Positions 52,751 to 62,933 of a DNA stretch of 64,000 nt are shown piece after piece. The notes below the pieces were generated by a model that did not search any database, was not told the DNA's origin, and worked only from the letters and a program-made list of their open reading frames with translations. The translations under genes and the position numbers were made by a program. This DNA is from an uncultured Thermoleophilia bacterium (GTDB lineage Bacteria > Actinomycetota > Thermoleophilia > UBA2241): NCBI GenBank assembly GCA_963702475.1, contig CAVPCT010000004.1, positions 224,001 to 288,000 on the forward strand, read 5' to 3'. How positions within the stretch are numbered: the stretch's first letter is position 1; the number at the start of each line of letters is the position of its first letter.

Positions 52751-52789
52751 GTCCGGCAGTGGGGCGGACCGCTCGGGCCCGTCGATGCT

Positions 52790-53863
52790 TCAGGCTCTGA
52801 TGTTGACCGCCTCCGGGTTGCCGGCTCCGGTGGCGTAGGTGTCCCTGAAGATCTCCATCAGCACCGGGCTCTCGCGGACGACCTCGAGCGAGATCACGGC
52901 GTGGTCCTTCGTGTAGCCGTTGCCGATGATCATGGTCGTGTCGGCGCCGATGCCCTCGGCGCCGAGGGCGGCCGACGTGAAGCTCGTCGCCATGGAGAAG
53001 AAGTAGACGAGCCCGTCGTCCTTCGTGGCCAGGATCGACGCCATCTCGGTGTTCGGGATGTCGACGCAGTTGATCGTGAGATCGGCCATCTCCCCGTCGG
53101 TGGCCTTCTGGACCTCTTCGTACACGAACAGCTGGTCGGTCGCCGAGCCTTGGATGATGACGTCGGCGAACCCGGCCTTCTCGAGCCGCTTCCTGCCGGC
53201 GTCACCGTGCACCAGGCAGATCACCTTCCCCGTCGGCTTCACGCGCTTTCTCGCTTCGTAGGCGCAGAGCAGGCCGCTCTTGCCGCCGGCGCCGATGATG
53301 AACACGGTCTGCCCGGGCTTGCTGAGCTTCGCGGCCTGCGCCGGGGCGCCCGCCACGTCCAGGATGGCCAGCGCGAGCGCTTCGTCCATGTCGTCCGGGA
53401 TCCTGGCGTAGATGCCGGTCTCGAACAGGATCGCCTGCGCCTTGACCCGCACCTGACAGGTGTCCTTGTTGACCGAGATGACCTCGTCGACCTTGAGAGG
53501 TGTCAGGGAGAGGGACACGAGTGTCGCGATGCGGTCGCCGACCTTCAGGTCGCGGTCGGCCAGCTTGGGGCCAATGGCCGCGACCGTGCCCAGCAACATG
53601 CCGCCCGAACCAGTGTCCGGGTTGTGGTGCTTGCCGCGCTTCGCGATGATCTCCAGGCTGTGGCGGGCCATCCTCCCGACGTCCCCGCCCTCGGCCTCCT
53701 CGATCTGCGTGAAGCTTGCCGCGTCGATGTTCAGCGTGTCGACGTCGATGAGGATCTCGTTGTCGTAGATCTCCATCGTGTTGTCGATCTTCCACGCCGG
53801 CTGCGGCAGGACGCCTTTGGGCTCCAGCACCCGGTGCGCACCGAACTTGTTGCCTTCTTTCAT
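52790..53863 (-). CDS. kdd: L-erythro-3,5-diaminohexanoate dehydrogenase
   Basis: 'GAHRVLEPKGVLPQPAWK', 'LNIDAASF', 'GSGGML', 'LVSLSLTPL', 'DVAGAPAQ', 'FFSMATSF', 'IGNGY'. Confidence 0.95.
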   Translation of the reverse strand: MKEGNKFGAHRVLEPKGVLPQPAWKIDNTMEIYDNEILIDVDTLNIDAASFTQIEEAEGGDVGRMARHSLEIIAKRGKHHNPDTGSGGMLLGTVAAIGPKLADRDLKVGDRIATLVSLSLTPLKVDEVISVNKDTCQVRVKAQAILFETGIYARIPDDMDEALALAILDVAGAPAQAAKLSKPGQTVFIIGAGGKSGLLCAYEARKRVKPTGKVICLVHGDAGRKRLEKAGFADVIIQGSATDQLFVYEEVQKATDGEMADLTINCVDIPNTEMASILATKDDGLVYFFSMATSFTSAALGAEGIGADTTMIIGNGYTKDHAVISLEVVRESPVLMEIFRDTYATGAGNPEAVNIRA

Positions 53864-53936
53864 GCCCCCTCCTTCCGGGTCCGGGGTGGAGCCGGCGCGG
53901 CGATTGCCTCCACCGCGCCGGCGTGACCGCCGGAGC

Positions 53937-55133
53937 TTACGCCTCGATCTTGATGACGGAGCCGGCGCCCTGGCCGCCACCCACACAGGCGCCGGTGAGG
54001 CCGATCTCTTGGCCGCGTTTCTGCAGCTCGTGGATGAGCGTCACGAGCATGCGGGTGCCGGTGTTGCCGAGCGGGTGCCCAAGGGCGACGGCGCCGCCGT
54101 TCACGTTGACGATGTCGGGTTCGAGCCCGAGCTCACGGGTCGCCAGGGCAGCCACGCAGGCGAAGGCCTCGTTGAGCTCGGCGAGCTCGACGTCCTTACT
54201 GGCAAGGCCGGCCTTCTCCAGCGCCTTCTGAGCGGCGACGGTCTCGCCGTAGCCCATGATCGCGGGTTCGACGGCCGCCGTCGCGTAGCTGCACAGCTGC
54301 GCGATGGGCTCGAGGCCGAGCTCGGCGGCCTTCTTGCGCGAGGTCACGACGACCGCGCTGGCCCCGTCGGCGATGGCCGAGGAGTTGCCGGCCGTCACCA
54401 CACCGCCGTCCTTCTTGAAGACCGGCTTGAGGCCGTCGAGCGCCTCCATGGACGTCTCCCGGGGGCACTCATCGGTGTCGATGATCTTCGGGTCGCCCTT
54501 GCGCTGCGGGATCTCTACCGGGACGATCTCGTCCTTGAACCTTCCGGCCTTGATGGCGGCCGTGGCGTTGAGCTGGCTCCTGTAGGCCACCTCGTTCTGC
54601 AGCTCTTTGCTGATGCCGAACCGCTCGCTGAGGTTCTCGGCCGTCAGGCCCATGTGGGTGCCGCCGATCGCGCACCACAGGCCGTCGAGCACCATCGCGT
54701 CGAACATGGGTGCCGAAGGCATGCCCATGCGGTAGCCGCTGCGGCCGTCCTGGAGCAGCCACGGCGCACGGGTCATGTTCTCGGTGCCGCCGACGAGGTA
54801 CAGCTCGCCGTCGCCGGCCTTGATGCTGGACGCTGCCCAGGCGAGCGCCGCCGCGCTCGACACGCAGACGCGGTTCACGGTGACGGCCGGCACGGTCTCC
54901 GGGATGCCGGCTTTGAGCTCGGCCTGGCGGGCGGTGTTCTGCCCCAGGCCGGCCTGGATGACGTTGCCGAACATGACCTCATCCAGTTGCTCGCCCTTGA
55001 CGCCGGCGCGCTCGAGCGCCGCCGTCATGACGATCGCAGCCAGGTCCACCGCGGGGGTACCGGCGAACCCACCCTGGAACTTGCCCTGCGCGGTGCGGAC
55101 CGCAGACAGGATGACGATATCGTTGTCGGACAC
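53937..55133 (-). CDS. Acetyl-CoA acetyltransferase (thiolase)
   Basis: 'VNRVCVSS' catalytic Cys, 'ELNEAFA', '[11 protein letters not shown]', 'CVGGGQG'; GAGGAGG SD before GTG 55133. Confidence 0.93.
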   Translation of the reverse strand: MSDNDIVILSAVRTAQGKFQGGFAGTPAVDLAAIVMTAALERAGVKGEQLDEVMFGNVIQAGLGQNTARQAELKAGIPETVPAVTVNRVCVSSAAALAWAASSIKAGDGELYLVGGTENMTRAPWLLQDGRSGYRMGMPSAPMFDAMVLDGLWCAIGGTHMGLTAENLSERFGISKELQNEVAYRSQLNATAAIKAGRFKDEIVPVEIPQRKGDPKIIDTDECPRETSMEALDGLKPVFKKDGGVVTAGNSSAIADGASAVVVTSRKKAAELGLEPIAQLCSYATAAVEPAIMGYGETVAAQKALEKAGLASKDVELAELNEAFACVAALATRELGLEPDIVNVNGGAVALGHPLGNTGTRMLVTLIHELQKRGQEIGLTGACVGGGQGAGSVIKIEA

Positions 55134-55203
55134 TGTGGCCTCCTCAGCCGTCACGTGTGGCTGCAGCCCCCTGTGCGCTCTCTACGCACTGCATCACGCA
55201 CAC

Positions 55204-55221
55204 CTGTGTATGTGTTCACAG
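55204..55221. promoter_or_regulatory. Putative Rex operator upstream of thiolase
   Basis: Minus strand CTGTGAACACATACACAG against the Rex consensus TTGTGAA-N4-TTCACAA. Confidence 0.5.
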
Positions 55222-55235
55222 CCTATGGTACAGGG

Positions 55236-55973
55236 TCACGCATCCTCGTGCCGCCGCACGACCTCCTGGGCCAGGAACGACGCCACCTCGAGCGGCGTGG
55301 TGCGCGGCCCGAAGCCGGCGTCGTACCCCAGTTCCTTGGCGAACGCGTTGTTGATGCGCGGGCCGCCAACGATCAGGACGAACCGCTCTCGCACCCCCTC
55401 CGCCTCCAGCAACTCGATGAGCTGTGTGAGGTGCTGCACGTGGATGTTCTTCTGCGTGACGATCTGGCTGACGAGGATCGCGTCGGCGTCACGCTCCAGC
55501 GCGGTGCGCAGGAGCTGAGCGCAGGGGATCTGCGAGCCCATGTTGAGCGCATCCATCTCCGGGTAACGCTCCAGCCCGTAGTTCCCGGCGAAACCCTTCA
55601 TGTTCATGATCGCGTCGATGCCCACGGTGTGAGCGTCGCTCTCGATGGCCGCGCCGACCACGACGAGCTTGCGCCCGAGCTTCGCCTTGATGAGCGCGTT
55701 GATGGCGTAGTAGTCCATCTCCTCGACCTCGAGGTAGTCGCCCTTCACGTCGTCCGGGTCGATGCCGGTGTCGGTGCGGCCGTACGCCACGTAGAAGGTG
55801 TAGTCGGGGTCGATGGGCTTGCACTCGGCGATCCCCACGGTGTGAAAGCCGAGCGTCTCGAGGAACTGCTTGCCAACGTCGTGGGCCTTGACGGAGTAGG
55901 CGATGGGCAGCGTGAAGGAGAGCTGGATGATGCCGTCGTCACGAGTATCGCCGTACGGCTTTACTAACATCAC
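55236..55973 (-). CDS. kamE: Lysine 5,6-aminomutase beta subunit (B12/PLP)
   Basis: 'VKPYGDT.DDG..QLSFTLP', B12-binding 'DAHTVGID', PLP Lys in 'MNMKG', 'VSQIVTQ', 'GYDAGFGP'. Confidence 0.95.
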   Translation of the reverse strand: MMLVKPYGDTRDDGIIQLSFTLPIAYSVKAHDVGKQFLETLGFHTVGIAECKPIDPDYTFYVAYGRTDTGIDPDDVKGDYLEVEEMDYYAINALIKAKLGRKLVVVGAAIESDAHTVGIDAIMNMKGFAGNYGLERYPEMDALNMGSQIPCAQLLRTALERDADAILVSQIVTQKNIHVQHLTQLIELLEAEGVRERFVLIVGGPRINNAFAKELGYDAGFGPRTTPLEVASFLAQEVVRRHEDA

Positions 55974-57613
55974 CGTCCTCCTTTCGCGGCTCCGGCCGGG
56001 ACGCCGGCGGCCGCGCCCTTCCGGGCTGCGAGGGACGCGCCGGGCGGCGGGCCCTCCGGCGGGCCACTCAGGCGCCCGTCGCGCAACGCCGCGAAGAACG
56101 GGTTGAAGTAGTCCTCGCGGCGCCTGAAGACGCCCTCAAAGCCGCGGCCTCCGCCGCGATCGCGCTTCACGTCGGCGAACTCGCCCAGCTCGAGGGCCTT
56201 GAAGAGGCTGATCTCCTGCACGTGCTCGAGCTGGTCCACGGCCTTCTGGAGCTGGTCGTTCGCACGCTGCTCGATGATGCCGCCGGGCCGGAACGTGACC
56301 TCGCCGGCCAGGTCGCGGCAGCTCTCGAACACGTACTTCGCGTTCTTGATGCTCAGGTAGCGGTCCTGGAGCAGCGGCGTGTGCAGCGCCTCAGTGAGCA
56401 TCCCCAGGAGCATGATCTCCTGGCCCGTGAAGATGCCGGTGAAATTGAACATGCCGTCGATGATGTGCCCCTGGAAGATGTCGCCCGGCATGTACTTGGT
56501 GGGCGGCATGTACTTGAGCGGGTAGCCGGGAAACAGCTCGCGGATGAGCTGCGCGTCGGCGATCTGGTAGACGACCTGATCGGGTTTGGCCGGGTTGATC
56601 TCGAAGGCGTGGCCGAGTCCGATCTGCCAAGGTTCGAGGTCGGCGCGCAGCGCAAAGGCCTCGTTGATGAAGTCCGAGCTGACCACTGTGTAGCCCTTCT
56701 CGACGGCGTCCGCTGTGGTCAGGTAGTTGTCCTCGCCGGTGTTGATGATGATGCCGGCGCGCGCGTTGATCAGGCGGCTGAGGTACTGGTCGACGAACGT
56801 CCGCTCCATGTTGATGTTGCGGAAGATGATCCCGTACATCGAGTCGTTGAGCATCATGTCCAGACGCTCGAGCGCCCCCATCGTGGCGATCTCCGGCATA
56901 CAGAGGCCGCTGGCGTAGTTGCACAGGCGGACGTAGCGGCCGAGCTCTTCACCGACCTCGTCGAGGGCGGCGCGCATGAGGCGGAAGTTCTCCTGGGTGG
57001 CGTAGGTGCCGCCGAAGCCCTCAGTGGTCTCGCCGTAGGGCACGTAGTCCAGCAGGCTCTGCGCGGTGGTGCGGATCACGGCGATCACATCCGCGCCGGC
57101 GCGGGCCGCGGCTTTCGCCTGGGCGGCGTCCTCGTAGATGTTGCCGGTGGCGACGATGACGTACACGTAGGGCTTCACCGGCTCGCCGACCGTGGCGACG
57201 AGTTGGTTGCGGTGCGCGCGGACGGCGTCGATACGCGCGACGCCGGCGGCGGCGAGATTCGCCGCACGGGCCTCTGCGGCCGCACGCCGCTCACCCGGCA
57301 CCTCCGCCAGCGAAAGGTCGCCGGAGGCGACGCCCTCAGCGGCCTGCTGTGCATCGCGTCCTGTCTGAAGCATCAGGTCGACGAACGGGAGCATCACTCC
57401 GCCCGGCAGCAGCTCCCGGGCGTGTTCAACGACCACGTTGACCAGCGGCACGTCGATCTCGTTCACGCCGGCGACACCCAGCAGCCGGAGCGTGGCGCGC
57501 TCAGTGCTGTCGGTGGTATGCGCCTCGATGTGCTCCTGGATGTCGTCGGCAATGGCCTCGGCGGCCGCGCGGGCGCGCGCCACCAGGCCGTCGTCCAGAC
57601 GAAGGGCGTTCAC
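55970..57613 (-). CDS. kamD: Lysine 5,6-aminomutase alpha subunit
   Basis: 'YVIVATGNIYED', 'VIRTTAQSLLDYVPYG', 'GTYATQENF', 'GLCMPEIA', 'NTGEDNY', 'KYMPPTK'. Confidence 0.95.
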   Translation of the reverse strand: MNALRLDDGLVARARAAAEAIADDIQEHIEAHTTDSTERATLRLLGVAGVNEIDVPLVNVVVEHARELLPGGVMLPFVDLMLQTGRDAQQAAEGVASGDLSLAEVPGERRAAAEARAANLAAAGVARIDAVRAHRNQLVATVGEPVKPYVYVIVATGNIYEDAAQAKAAARAGADVIAVIRTTAQSLLDYVPYGETTEGFGGTYATQENFRLMRAALDEVGEELGRYVRLCNYASGLCMPEIATMGALERLDMMLNDSMYGIIFRNINMERTFVDQYLSRLINARAGIIINTGEDNYLTTADAVEKGYTVVSSDFINEAFALRADLEPWQIGLGHAFEINPAKPDQVVYQIADAQLIRELFPGYPLKYMPPTKYMPGDIFQGHIIDGMFNFTGIFTGQEIMLLGMLTEALHTPLLQDRYLSIKNAKYVFESCRDLAGEVTFRPGGIIEQRANDQLQKAVDQLEHVQEISLFKALELGEFADVKRDRGGGRGFEGVFRRREDYFNPFFAALRDGRLSGPPEGPPPGASLAARKGAAAGVPAGAAKGGR

Positions 57614-58752
57614 GGCATCACCTGCTTTCCTCCGAAGGGTTCAGGCGCCGCTGCATCGTCGGTTGCGGCGAGCCCGTTGACGACGTCGAACAGGGGGACG
57701 CGGTCGCCCGTCGCTGCGGCTACCGCGTGGAAGAACTCTTTGGGCCGGTACGGCTGCGGCACGCGAAAGGAGTTCGCTGTCACCGCAAGGAGACGCAGGG
57801 GCGTGAGCACCTCCACGGCCACACCGCGGCGCAGCAGTCGCGCTACGCCCACCGGCGGCAGGACGAGCACGGTCGGGTCGCGGACCACCAGCCTGAGCGC
57901 GCGGCGAGGCGGGAGCACTCTCACCAAGTCATCCACGAACTCCTGCGTGAGGGCGCCGCCCACGTAGAGCAGGCGGGCGCCAAGGCGATCCACCCGGCGC
58001 GCCACGGTCACGCCCTCACCGACGACACTGTGAAGCTCGAGCGGTTCGGCGTGGCCGTGCTCGTCCACACACACGGCACGGCGCCCGTCCGCGATGTACG
58101 GTTGGAGCAGGGCGCGGGTACCGTCGTCCGGCGCCGGCAGCGTGAGCATCTCGACCGCGGCTGCGGTCGTCTCGACGACGTCGTCGAGGGTGTCGCCGAC
58201 CATGCCTCCGGTGGCCAGCACGAGGCCGTCGCTCACGCGAGGCGAGGCGCTGCCGATGCGGTTGATGGCCCCGTCCACCAGGACCTGCGCGGCACCCAGC
58301 GCCTGAAGCCTCGCGACGGTGGAGCTGAGCTCGGCCAGCGTAGTGGGACCGCTGACCTCCACCTCACCGCCCTCGGACCGACCGATGACGACGCGGCCCA
58401 GGGGCGTATGGAAGGGGAGCTCCTCCACGACCTCGAGCTCACAGTGCGAGCGCTGGAGCGAGCCGCGCGTTGTGGCCACCAGTGTGCCCGGCGGCGGCGA
58501 GATCCTCGGCTTGGCCAGTCCGGTGAGGTGGTCGGTGCGCTCGCCGTCAAGGCCGAGCGACGTAAGACCGAGGCAGCGAGCGTCCGCGGCCAGCAGGGCG
58601 TTGACGACCGTGGTCTTGCCGGCGTTCTTGACCAGCCCGATCACGGCCAAGGAGCGGCAGCCCGACCCTGCCACCAGGTCGTGCAGCGCCGTCACCGTAG
58701 CCTCGTCGGGGCGCGCGGCGCCGCGCGCCTTGACGGGGTTCACGGCATCCAT
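57610..58752 (-). CDS. kamB: Lysine 5,6-aminomutase reactivase subunit KamB-like
   Basis: 'IGLVKNAGKTTVVN', 'LTSLGLDGE..D..T...KPRI', 'VDGAINR', 'VLATG'; immediately upstream of kamD. Confidence 0.75.
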   Translation of the reverse strand: MDAVNPVKARGAARPDEATVTALHDLVAGSGCRSLAVIGLVKNAGKTTVVNALLAADARCLGLTSLGLDGERTDHLTGLAKPRISPPPGTLVATTRGSLQRSHCELEVVEELPFHTPLGRVVIGRSEGGEVEVSGPTTLAELSSTVARLQALGAAQVLVDGAINRIGSASPRVSDGLVLATGGMVGDTLDDVVETTAAAVEMLTLPAPDDGTRALLQPYIADGRRAVCVDEHGHAEPLELHSVVGEGVTVARRVDRLGARLLYVGGALTQEFVDDLVRVLPPRRALRLVVRDPTVLVLPPVGVARLLRRGVAVEVLTPLRLLAVTANSFRVPQPYRPKEFFHAVAAATGDRVPLFDVVNGLAATDDAAAPEPFGGKQVMP

Positions 58753-59468
58753 GGCGCGTGCGCCTCCCCTCCAGGGTCCCCCACGGGGCCGGGCTCGCCG
58801 TTCGTCGGGCCGCCGTGGCGGATCTCCTTGAGGTAGCTGAAGATGGTGTAGCGCGAGAGGTCCAGCGCCTCTGCGACCTGCTCCGCCGACCGCTTGACCA
58901 GGAAAGCCCCGCGCTCTTCGAGACGCTTGACGACCTCCATCTTCTCGTCCCGGGACATGGCTTGCGGCGTCTTGCCCATCTCGCCGAGGATGCCCGTGAT
59001 CATGCCGGCCACCACGTCGCGGATGTCGCCGGCGAAGATCTCGTCCTCCGGCGCGCCCTCGGCGCCGGCGCGGCCGGCGGCCGTGAGGCGCGAGAGAGCA
59101 CGCTGCGCCTGCACCAGCGCGGAGACGTCGACGTTGAGGCCGAGCAGACCGTAGGGAGCGCCGCCCTCCTCGCGCAGCGTGACGGCGAGCGACTTGATGA
59201 TCTTGCCGTCGCGCGACGTGAGGTAGAGCCGTACGTCCTGGCCGTCGCCGGCGTTGCGCAGCGTGCGGAGCATCCGGTCGGTGGGCGGGTCGCCGACCTT
59301 GCGGCCGGTGACGGCGCCGTTCTCGATGGCCACGATGGAATGCGGTACGCGAGCGACATCGTGCAGCACGACCTCGCAGTCGGGGCCGAACATCTCTGCG
59401 AGACCCTGCACGACGGGCACCAGCGCCCGGAGGCGCGCATCCAGCGGTCCGGGGGACTCCGGGTCCAT
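58740..59468 (-). CDS. YheO/DauR-family transcriptional regulator (PAS_6 + HTH_22)
   Basis: 'FGPDCEVVLHD', 'NGAVTGRKVG', 'LEERGAFLVKRS...LSRYTIFSYL'. Confidence 0.92.
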   Translation of the reverse strand: MDPESPGPLDARLRALVPVVQGLAEMFGPDCEVVLHDVARVPHSIVAIENGAVTGRKVGDPPTDRMLRTLRNAGDGQDVRLYLTSRDGKIIKSLAVTLREEGGAPYGLLGLNVDVSALVQAQRALSRLTAAGRAGAEGAPEDEIFAGDIRDVVAGMITGILGEMGKTPQAMSRDEKMEVVKRLEERGAFLVKRSAEQVAEALDLSRYTIFSYLKEIRHGGPTNGEPGPVGDPGGEAHAPWMP

Positions 59469-59531
59469 GGCTCTCCGCGAACCCGGCGGTGGCGCCGGGG
59501 CCCCAAGGCGCCGGTGCGTCCTCGGACGTCA

Positions 59532-59561
59532 GGTATACACCGCGACGGCGTTGCGTGTCAA
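59532..59561 (-). promoter_or_regulatory. Sigma-70-type promoter of the regulator-kam operon
   Basis: TTGACA-N18-TATACC on the minus strand. Confidence 0.55.
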
Positions 59562-59669
59562 AAAGAGTGGCGCCCTTATCTGTAAAAGTGGGAGGCGACG
59601 CTGGAAAGCAGCAGACCGATGTGCGGCCCGGAAGCGCTGCGCCACCGGGCCGCCCGCGTGTCTTGCAGC

Positions 59670-60860
59670 TCAGCCGGCCGGTCGCGCGACGAGCGTCGCC
59701 TGCACGGTGCGGGTGCCGTTCTTGTCCACCAGCGTCAGCGTCACGGTGTCGCCCGGCTTCTTGGTGCCGAGAAAGGCGACCAGGCCATCGAAGCTGGCGA
59801 TCTCGGTGTCGTCCGCCTTGACGATGACGTCGCCGCCCACGACGTACGTCTGACCCCCGACGTCGACCTGCTCGCTGCCGCCCTTGATGCCGGCCTTGGC
59901 CGCGGGGCTACCGGTGCTGACCGTCTCGATGAGGGCACCGGACTCCAGGTCGAGACCGGCCGCCTTCGCGACGTCGGGGGTGAGCGCGCTCCCGCCGACG
60001 CCGAGCCACGCGTATTCGACCTTGCCGCCCGACTTCAGCTGGTCCATGGAGCTCACAGCCTGGTTGATGGGCACCGCGAACCCGAGCCCCTGGTTGCCTC
60101 CGGTATCGGTGGCGATCTGCTCGTTGATGCCAATGACCCTGCCGGCGGCGTCGATCAACGGGCCGCCGGAGTTGCCGGGGTTGATGGCCGCGTCGGTCTG
60201 GATTCCGTTCGGGATCCTCTGACCGTTGGGCGCCTGGAGTGTGCGGCCGACCGCGGAGACGATGCCCGAGGTGATGGAGAAGTCGTAGCCCAGGGGGTTG
60301 CCGATCGCGACCACGGGCTCGCCGACGGTGACCTCGTCCGAGTCGCCTATGGGCAGGGGCTTGAGGTCCACGCCGGTCGGCTCGACCTTGATCACGGCCA
60401 CGTCGCCGCCGATGTCGATGCCGACGATGGAGCCCGGGACCTGCTGCGTCTTGCCGCCGCCCTTGTTGAAGAGGACGGTGACGCTGCTGGCGTTCTGGCC
60501 CTCATCCTGCACCACATGGGCATTGGTGAGGATGTAGCCCTCCTCATCCACGACGAAGCCGGTGCCGAGCGCCTGGCCGCTCTGTGACTGGCCGAAGATG
60601 TCGAAGCCGGAGTTGTCGAAGTCCGACTGGATCGCGACTACGCCGCCGGACAGGTTCTGGTAGATCTCCTCCGGCGTGTACCCGTCGCCTCCGCTCGTTC
60701 CGGACGATACTGCCGCGGGAGCGTTCTCCCCAGCCTCTTGGATCACGGTCTGCCTGATCTCCCCGAAGTCGAAGACCAGGACCAGCACAAGGATGACCAG
60801 CGCGGCGCCGACGGCCCCCCCGCCCATCCCCAGGAGGAACCCTCTCATCTTGGTGGCCAT
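59670..60860 (-). CDS. htrA: HtrA/DegP-like serine protease with PDZ domain
   Basis: 'ILTNAHVV', 'DVAVIK', 'TDAAINPGNSGGPL', C-terminal PDZ; N-terminal TM helix. Confidence 0.93.
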   Translation of the reverse strand: MATKMRGFLLGMGGGAVGAALVILVLVLVFDFGEIRQTVIQEAGENAPAAVSSGTSGGDGYTPEEIYQNLSGGVVAIQSDFDNSGFDIFGQSQSGQALGTGFVVDEEGYILTNAHVVQDEGQNASSVTVLFNKGGGKTQQVPGSIVGIDIGGDVAVIKVEPTGVDLKPLPIGDSDEVTVGEPVVAIGNPLGYDFSITSGIVSAVGRTLQAPNGQRIPNGIQTDAAINPGNSGGPLIDAAGRVIGINEQIATDTGGNQGLGFAVPINQAVSSMDQLKSGGKVEYAWLGVGGSALTPDVAKAAGLDLESGALIETVSTGSPAAKAGIKGGSEQVDVGGQTYVVGGDVIVKADDTEIASFDGLVAFLGTKKPGDTVTLTLVDKNGTRTVQATLVARPAG

Positions 60861-60997
60861 CGTCGTCCTTTCCTGCGGTCTGCGTCGTGTGCGCCGCGCA
60901 TGCATGTGGGACCGCTCACGCGCGGCGCGTGTGTTCTTCCCATGTCTTTAACTGCGCCGCCCGGCGCGTTGAGTAACGTGCGGCGCCGCACCGAGCC

Positions 60998-62848
60998 TCA
61001 CGAGGCCGTGCCGGCCGGCTGCTGCGTCTCCGCCCCGGACGGCCCCTCCATCTGCGCCCCAGCCTCGGCGAGCGCATCCGCGAGGCGCCTGCGGCGCTGG
61101 CGCGGCAGGCGCACGAAGAAGCTGGCGCCGTGGCCGTGTCCGGCCTCGGCGCGGATGGTGCCGCCCATCATCTCGGTGAGCTCGCGGGCGATCGAGAGGC
61201 CGAGGCCCGCGCCCGTGGTGGTCGCGCGTTCCTCGCTGCCGCGGTGGAAGCGTTCGAACACGTGCGGCAGCTCGGCCGCAGGGATACCCGGTCCGTCGTC
61301 ACTGACGACCACGGTGGCCCACTTCTCCTCCACCTTGGTGGCCATGCGTACCGTGCTGCCCGGGGGCGAGAACTTCACGGCGTTGTCGATGAGCGCGCGC
61401 AGCACCTGTGCGAGCCGCTGCTCATCGCACCAGGCCGTGACGCGCTCGCCGTCCTCCACGCAGAGCGAGAGCTCTTTCGCCTGCGCCTGGATCTGGAACT
61501 CGTCGAGCACGGAGCGTGCGACCTCCTCCAGGTCGACACTCTCCGGCTCCAGCTGCAGCGACCCGGCTTCGACCTTGGAGAGGTCGAGCATGCTCACGGC
61601 GAGGTTGCGCAGCCGGTCCACCTGCTGTCGCATGAGGGCCAGGAACTCCCGCTGCTCTTCCTCGCTGAGGTTGCCTTCGTCGATCAGCTCGAGAAACCCA
61701 GCCAGGGAGAAGAGCGGCGTCTTGAACTCGTGCGATGCGTTGGCGATGAGGTCGCGTCGGGCGCGCTCGAGACGTGCCTGGGCGGTCACATCGCGCAGCA
61801 CCAGGATCGACGTGAAGTCGGCGTCGCCGGCCACCGGGTAGGTGGTCGCCTCGAGGGTCGTATCGCCGTGGACGAACACGACATCCTGCACGTCGCCTTC
61901 GCGGCGCGACTCGCGCCAGGCCTCGGCGACGTCCGCCGGGAACCTCTCGTCGAGGGTCGCGCCGACGGGCAGGGGCTCGCCGAGCAGGTCGGCCGAGGCA
62001 GGATTGGCGATGGTCACGACGCCCTCGGCCGAGAGCCCGATCACACCCTCGCTCAGGTCGTTGAGGAGCACCTCGACGCGGTCGCGCTCGTACTCCACCT
62101 GAGCGAACGCGCCCCTGAGGCGCTCGGCCATCACGTTGAAGGTGTCGGCCAGCTGGCCGATCTCGTCCTCCACCGTCGCCGGCACGGTCGCCGTGAGGTC
62201 GCCTGCGGCGATCGCCTCGGCGCTCTGCTCGATACGCTTGAGCCGTCGGGCGATGAAGTATGAGGCCAGGTAGCCCAGCAGAAGGCTGATGCCCAGCGCC
62301 AGGACCGTGGCGAACACAAGCTGGCGCTGCACCTGCGCCACGGCCTTGGCGACGTCGGTGAGAGAGGCCGACACGAGCACCGTGCCGTAGACCGTGCCGC
62401 TGGAGAGATCGACAAGCGGCACGGCCGTGGCCGCGTACCTGCCCGAGCTCGTCTGCACCACGCCCTGAGCGGTCCTGCCCGAGGCGAGGGACTCGCCGAT
62501 CATGGGGTAGTCCCCGACGTCGAACACGCCAGGGCCACCGGAGTCGACCCGGGGCACCTGGTTCTTCGTCAGAATGACGATGCGCGCGTTGTTCCGCATG
62601 CCGACGAGCGCGATCGTGTTCTGCAGCGCCGGCGCGTTGGCGATGCCCATCTCTCCGTCCCCGCGGTCGTACACGAAGCTGGGCACGCTCTGGAGGATCA
62701 GGTCCACGTTGAGAGCCTGGTCCTTGAGCTTCTGCTGCTCCAAACGGTTGGTGAGCGGCGGGACGACGTAGATGTACGCCACCAGCATGGCGAGGGCCAC
62801 GAGCAGCAGGATCAGGACGGTGAGCCAGTTCTTGACGGAGCGGAACAT
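60998..62848 (-). CDS. Sensor histidine kinase (HAMP-PAS-HisKA-HATPase)
   Basis: HAMP 'DEIGQLADTFN', H box 'ASHEFKTPL', 'NAVKFS', 'DDGPGI', 'GLGLSI'. Confidence 0.93.
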   Translation of the reverse strand: MFRSVKNWLTVLILLLVALAMLVAYIYVVPPLTNRLEQQKLKDQALNVDLILQSVPSFVYDRGDGEMGIANAPALQNTIALVGMRNNARIVILTKNQVPRVDSGGPGVFDVGDYPMIGESLASGRTAQGVVQTSSGRYAATAVPLVDLSSGTVYGTVLVSASLTDVAKAVAQVQRQLVFATVLALGISLLLGYLASYFIARRLKRIEQSAEAIAAGDLTATVPATVEDEIGQLADTFNVMAERLRGAFAQVEYERDRVEVLLNDLSEGVIGLSAEGVVTIANPASADLLGEPLPVGATLDERFPADVAEAWRESRREGDVQDVVFVHGDTTLEATTYPVAGDADFTSILVLRDVTAQARLERARRDLIANASHEFKTPLFSLAGFLELIDEGNLSEEEQREFLALMRQQVDRLRNLAVSMLDLSKVEAGSLQLEPESVDLEEVARSVLDEFQIQAQAKELSLCVEDGERVTAWCDEQRLAQVLRALIDNAVKFSPPGSTVRMATKVEEKWATVVVSDDGPGIPAAELPHVFERFHRGSEERATTTGAGLGLSIARELTEMMGGTIRAEAGHGHGASFFVRLPRQRRRRLADALAEAGAQMEGPSGAETQQPAGTAS

Positions 62849-62933
62849 GTGCGAGGCGCTCAGGGCGCCCGAGATCCTCCGGTGATGGGCGCGTCCTCCG
62901 CGGCGGAGGACGCTACGGAGCCAGTAAAACAGC

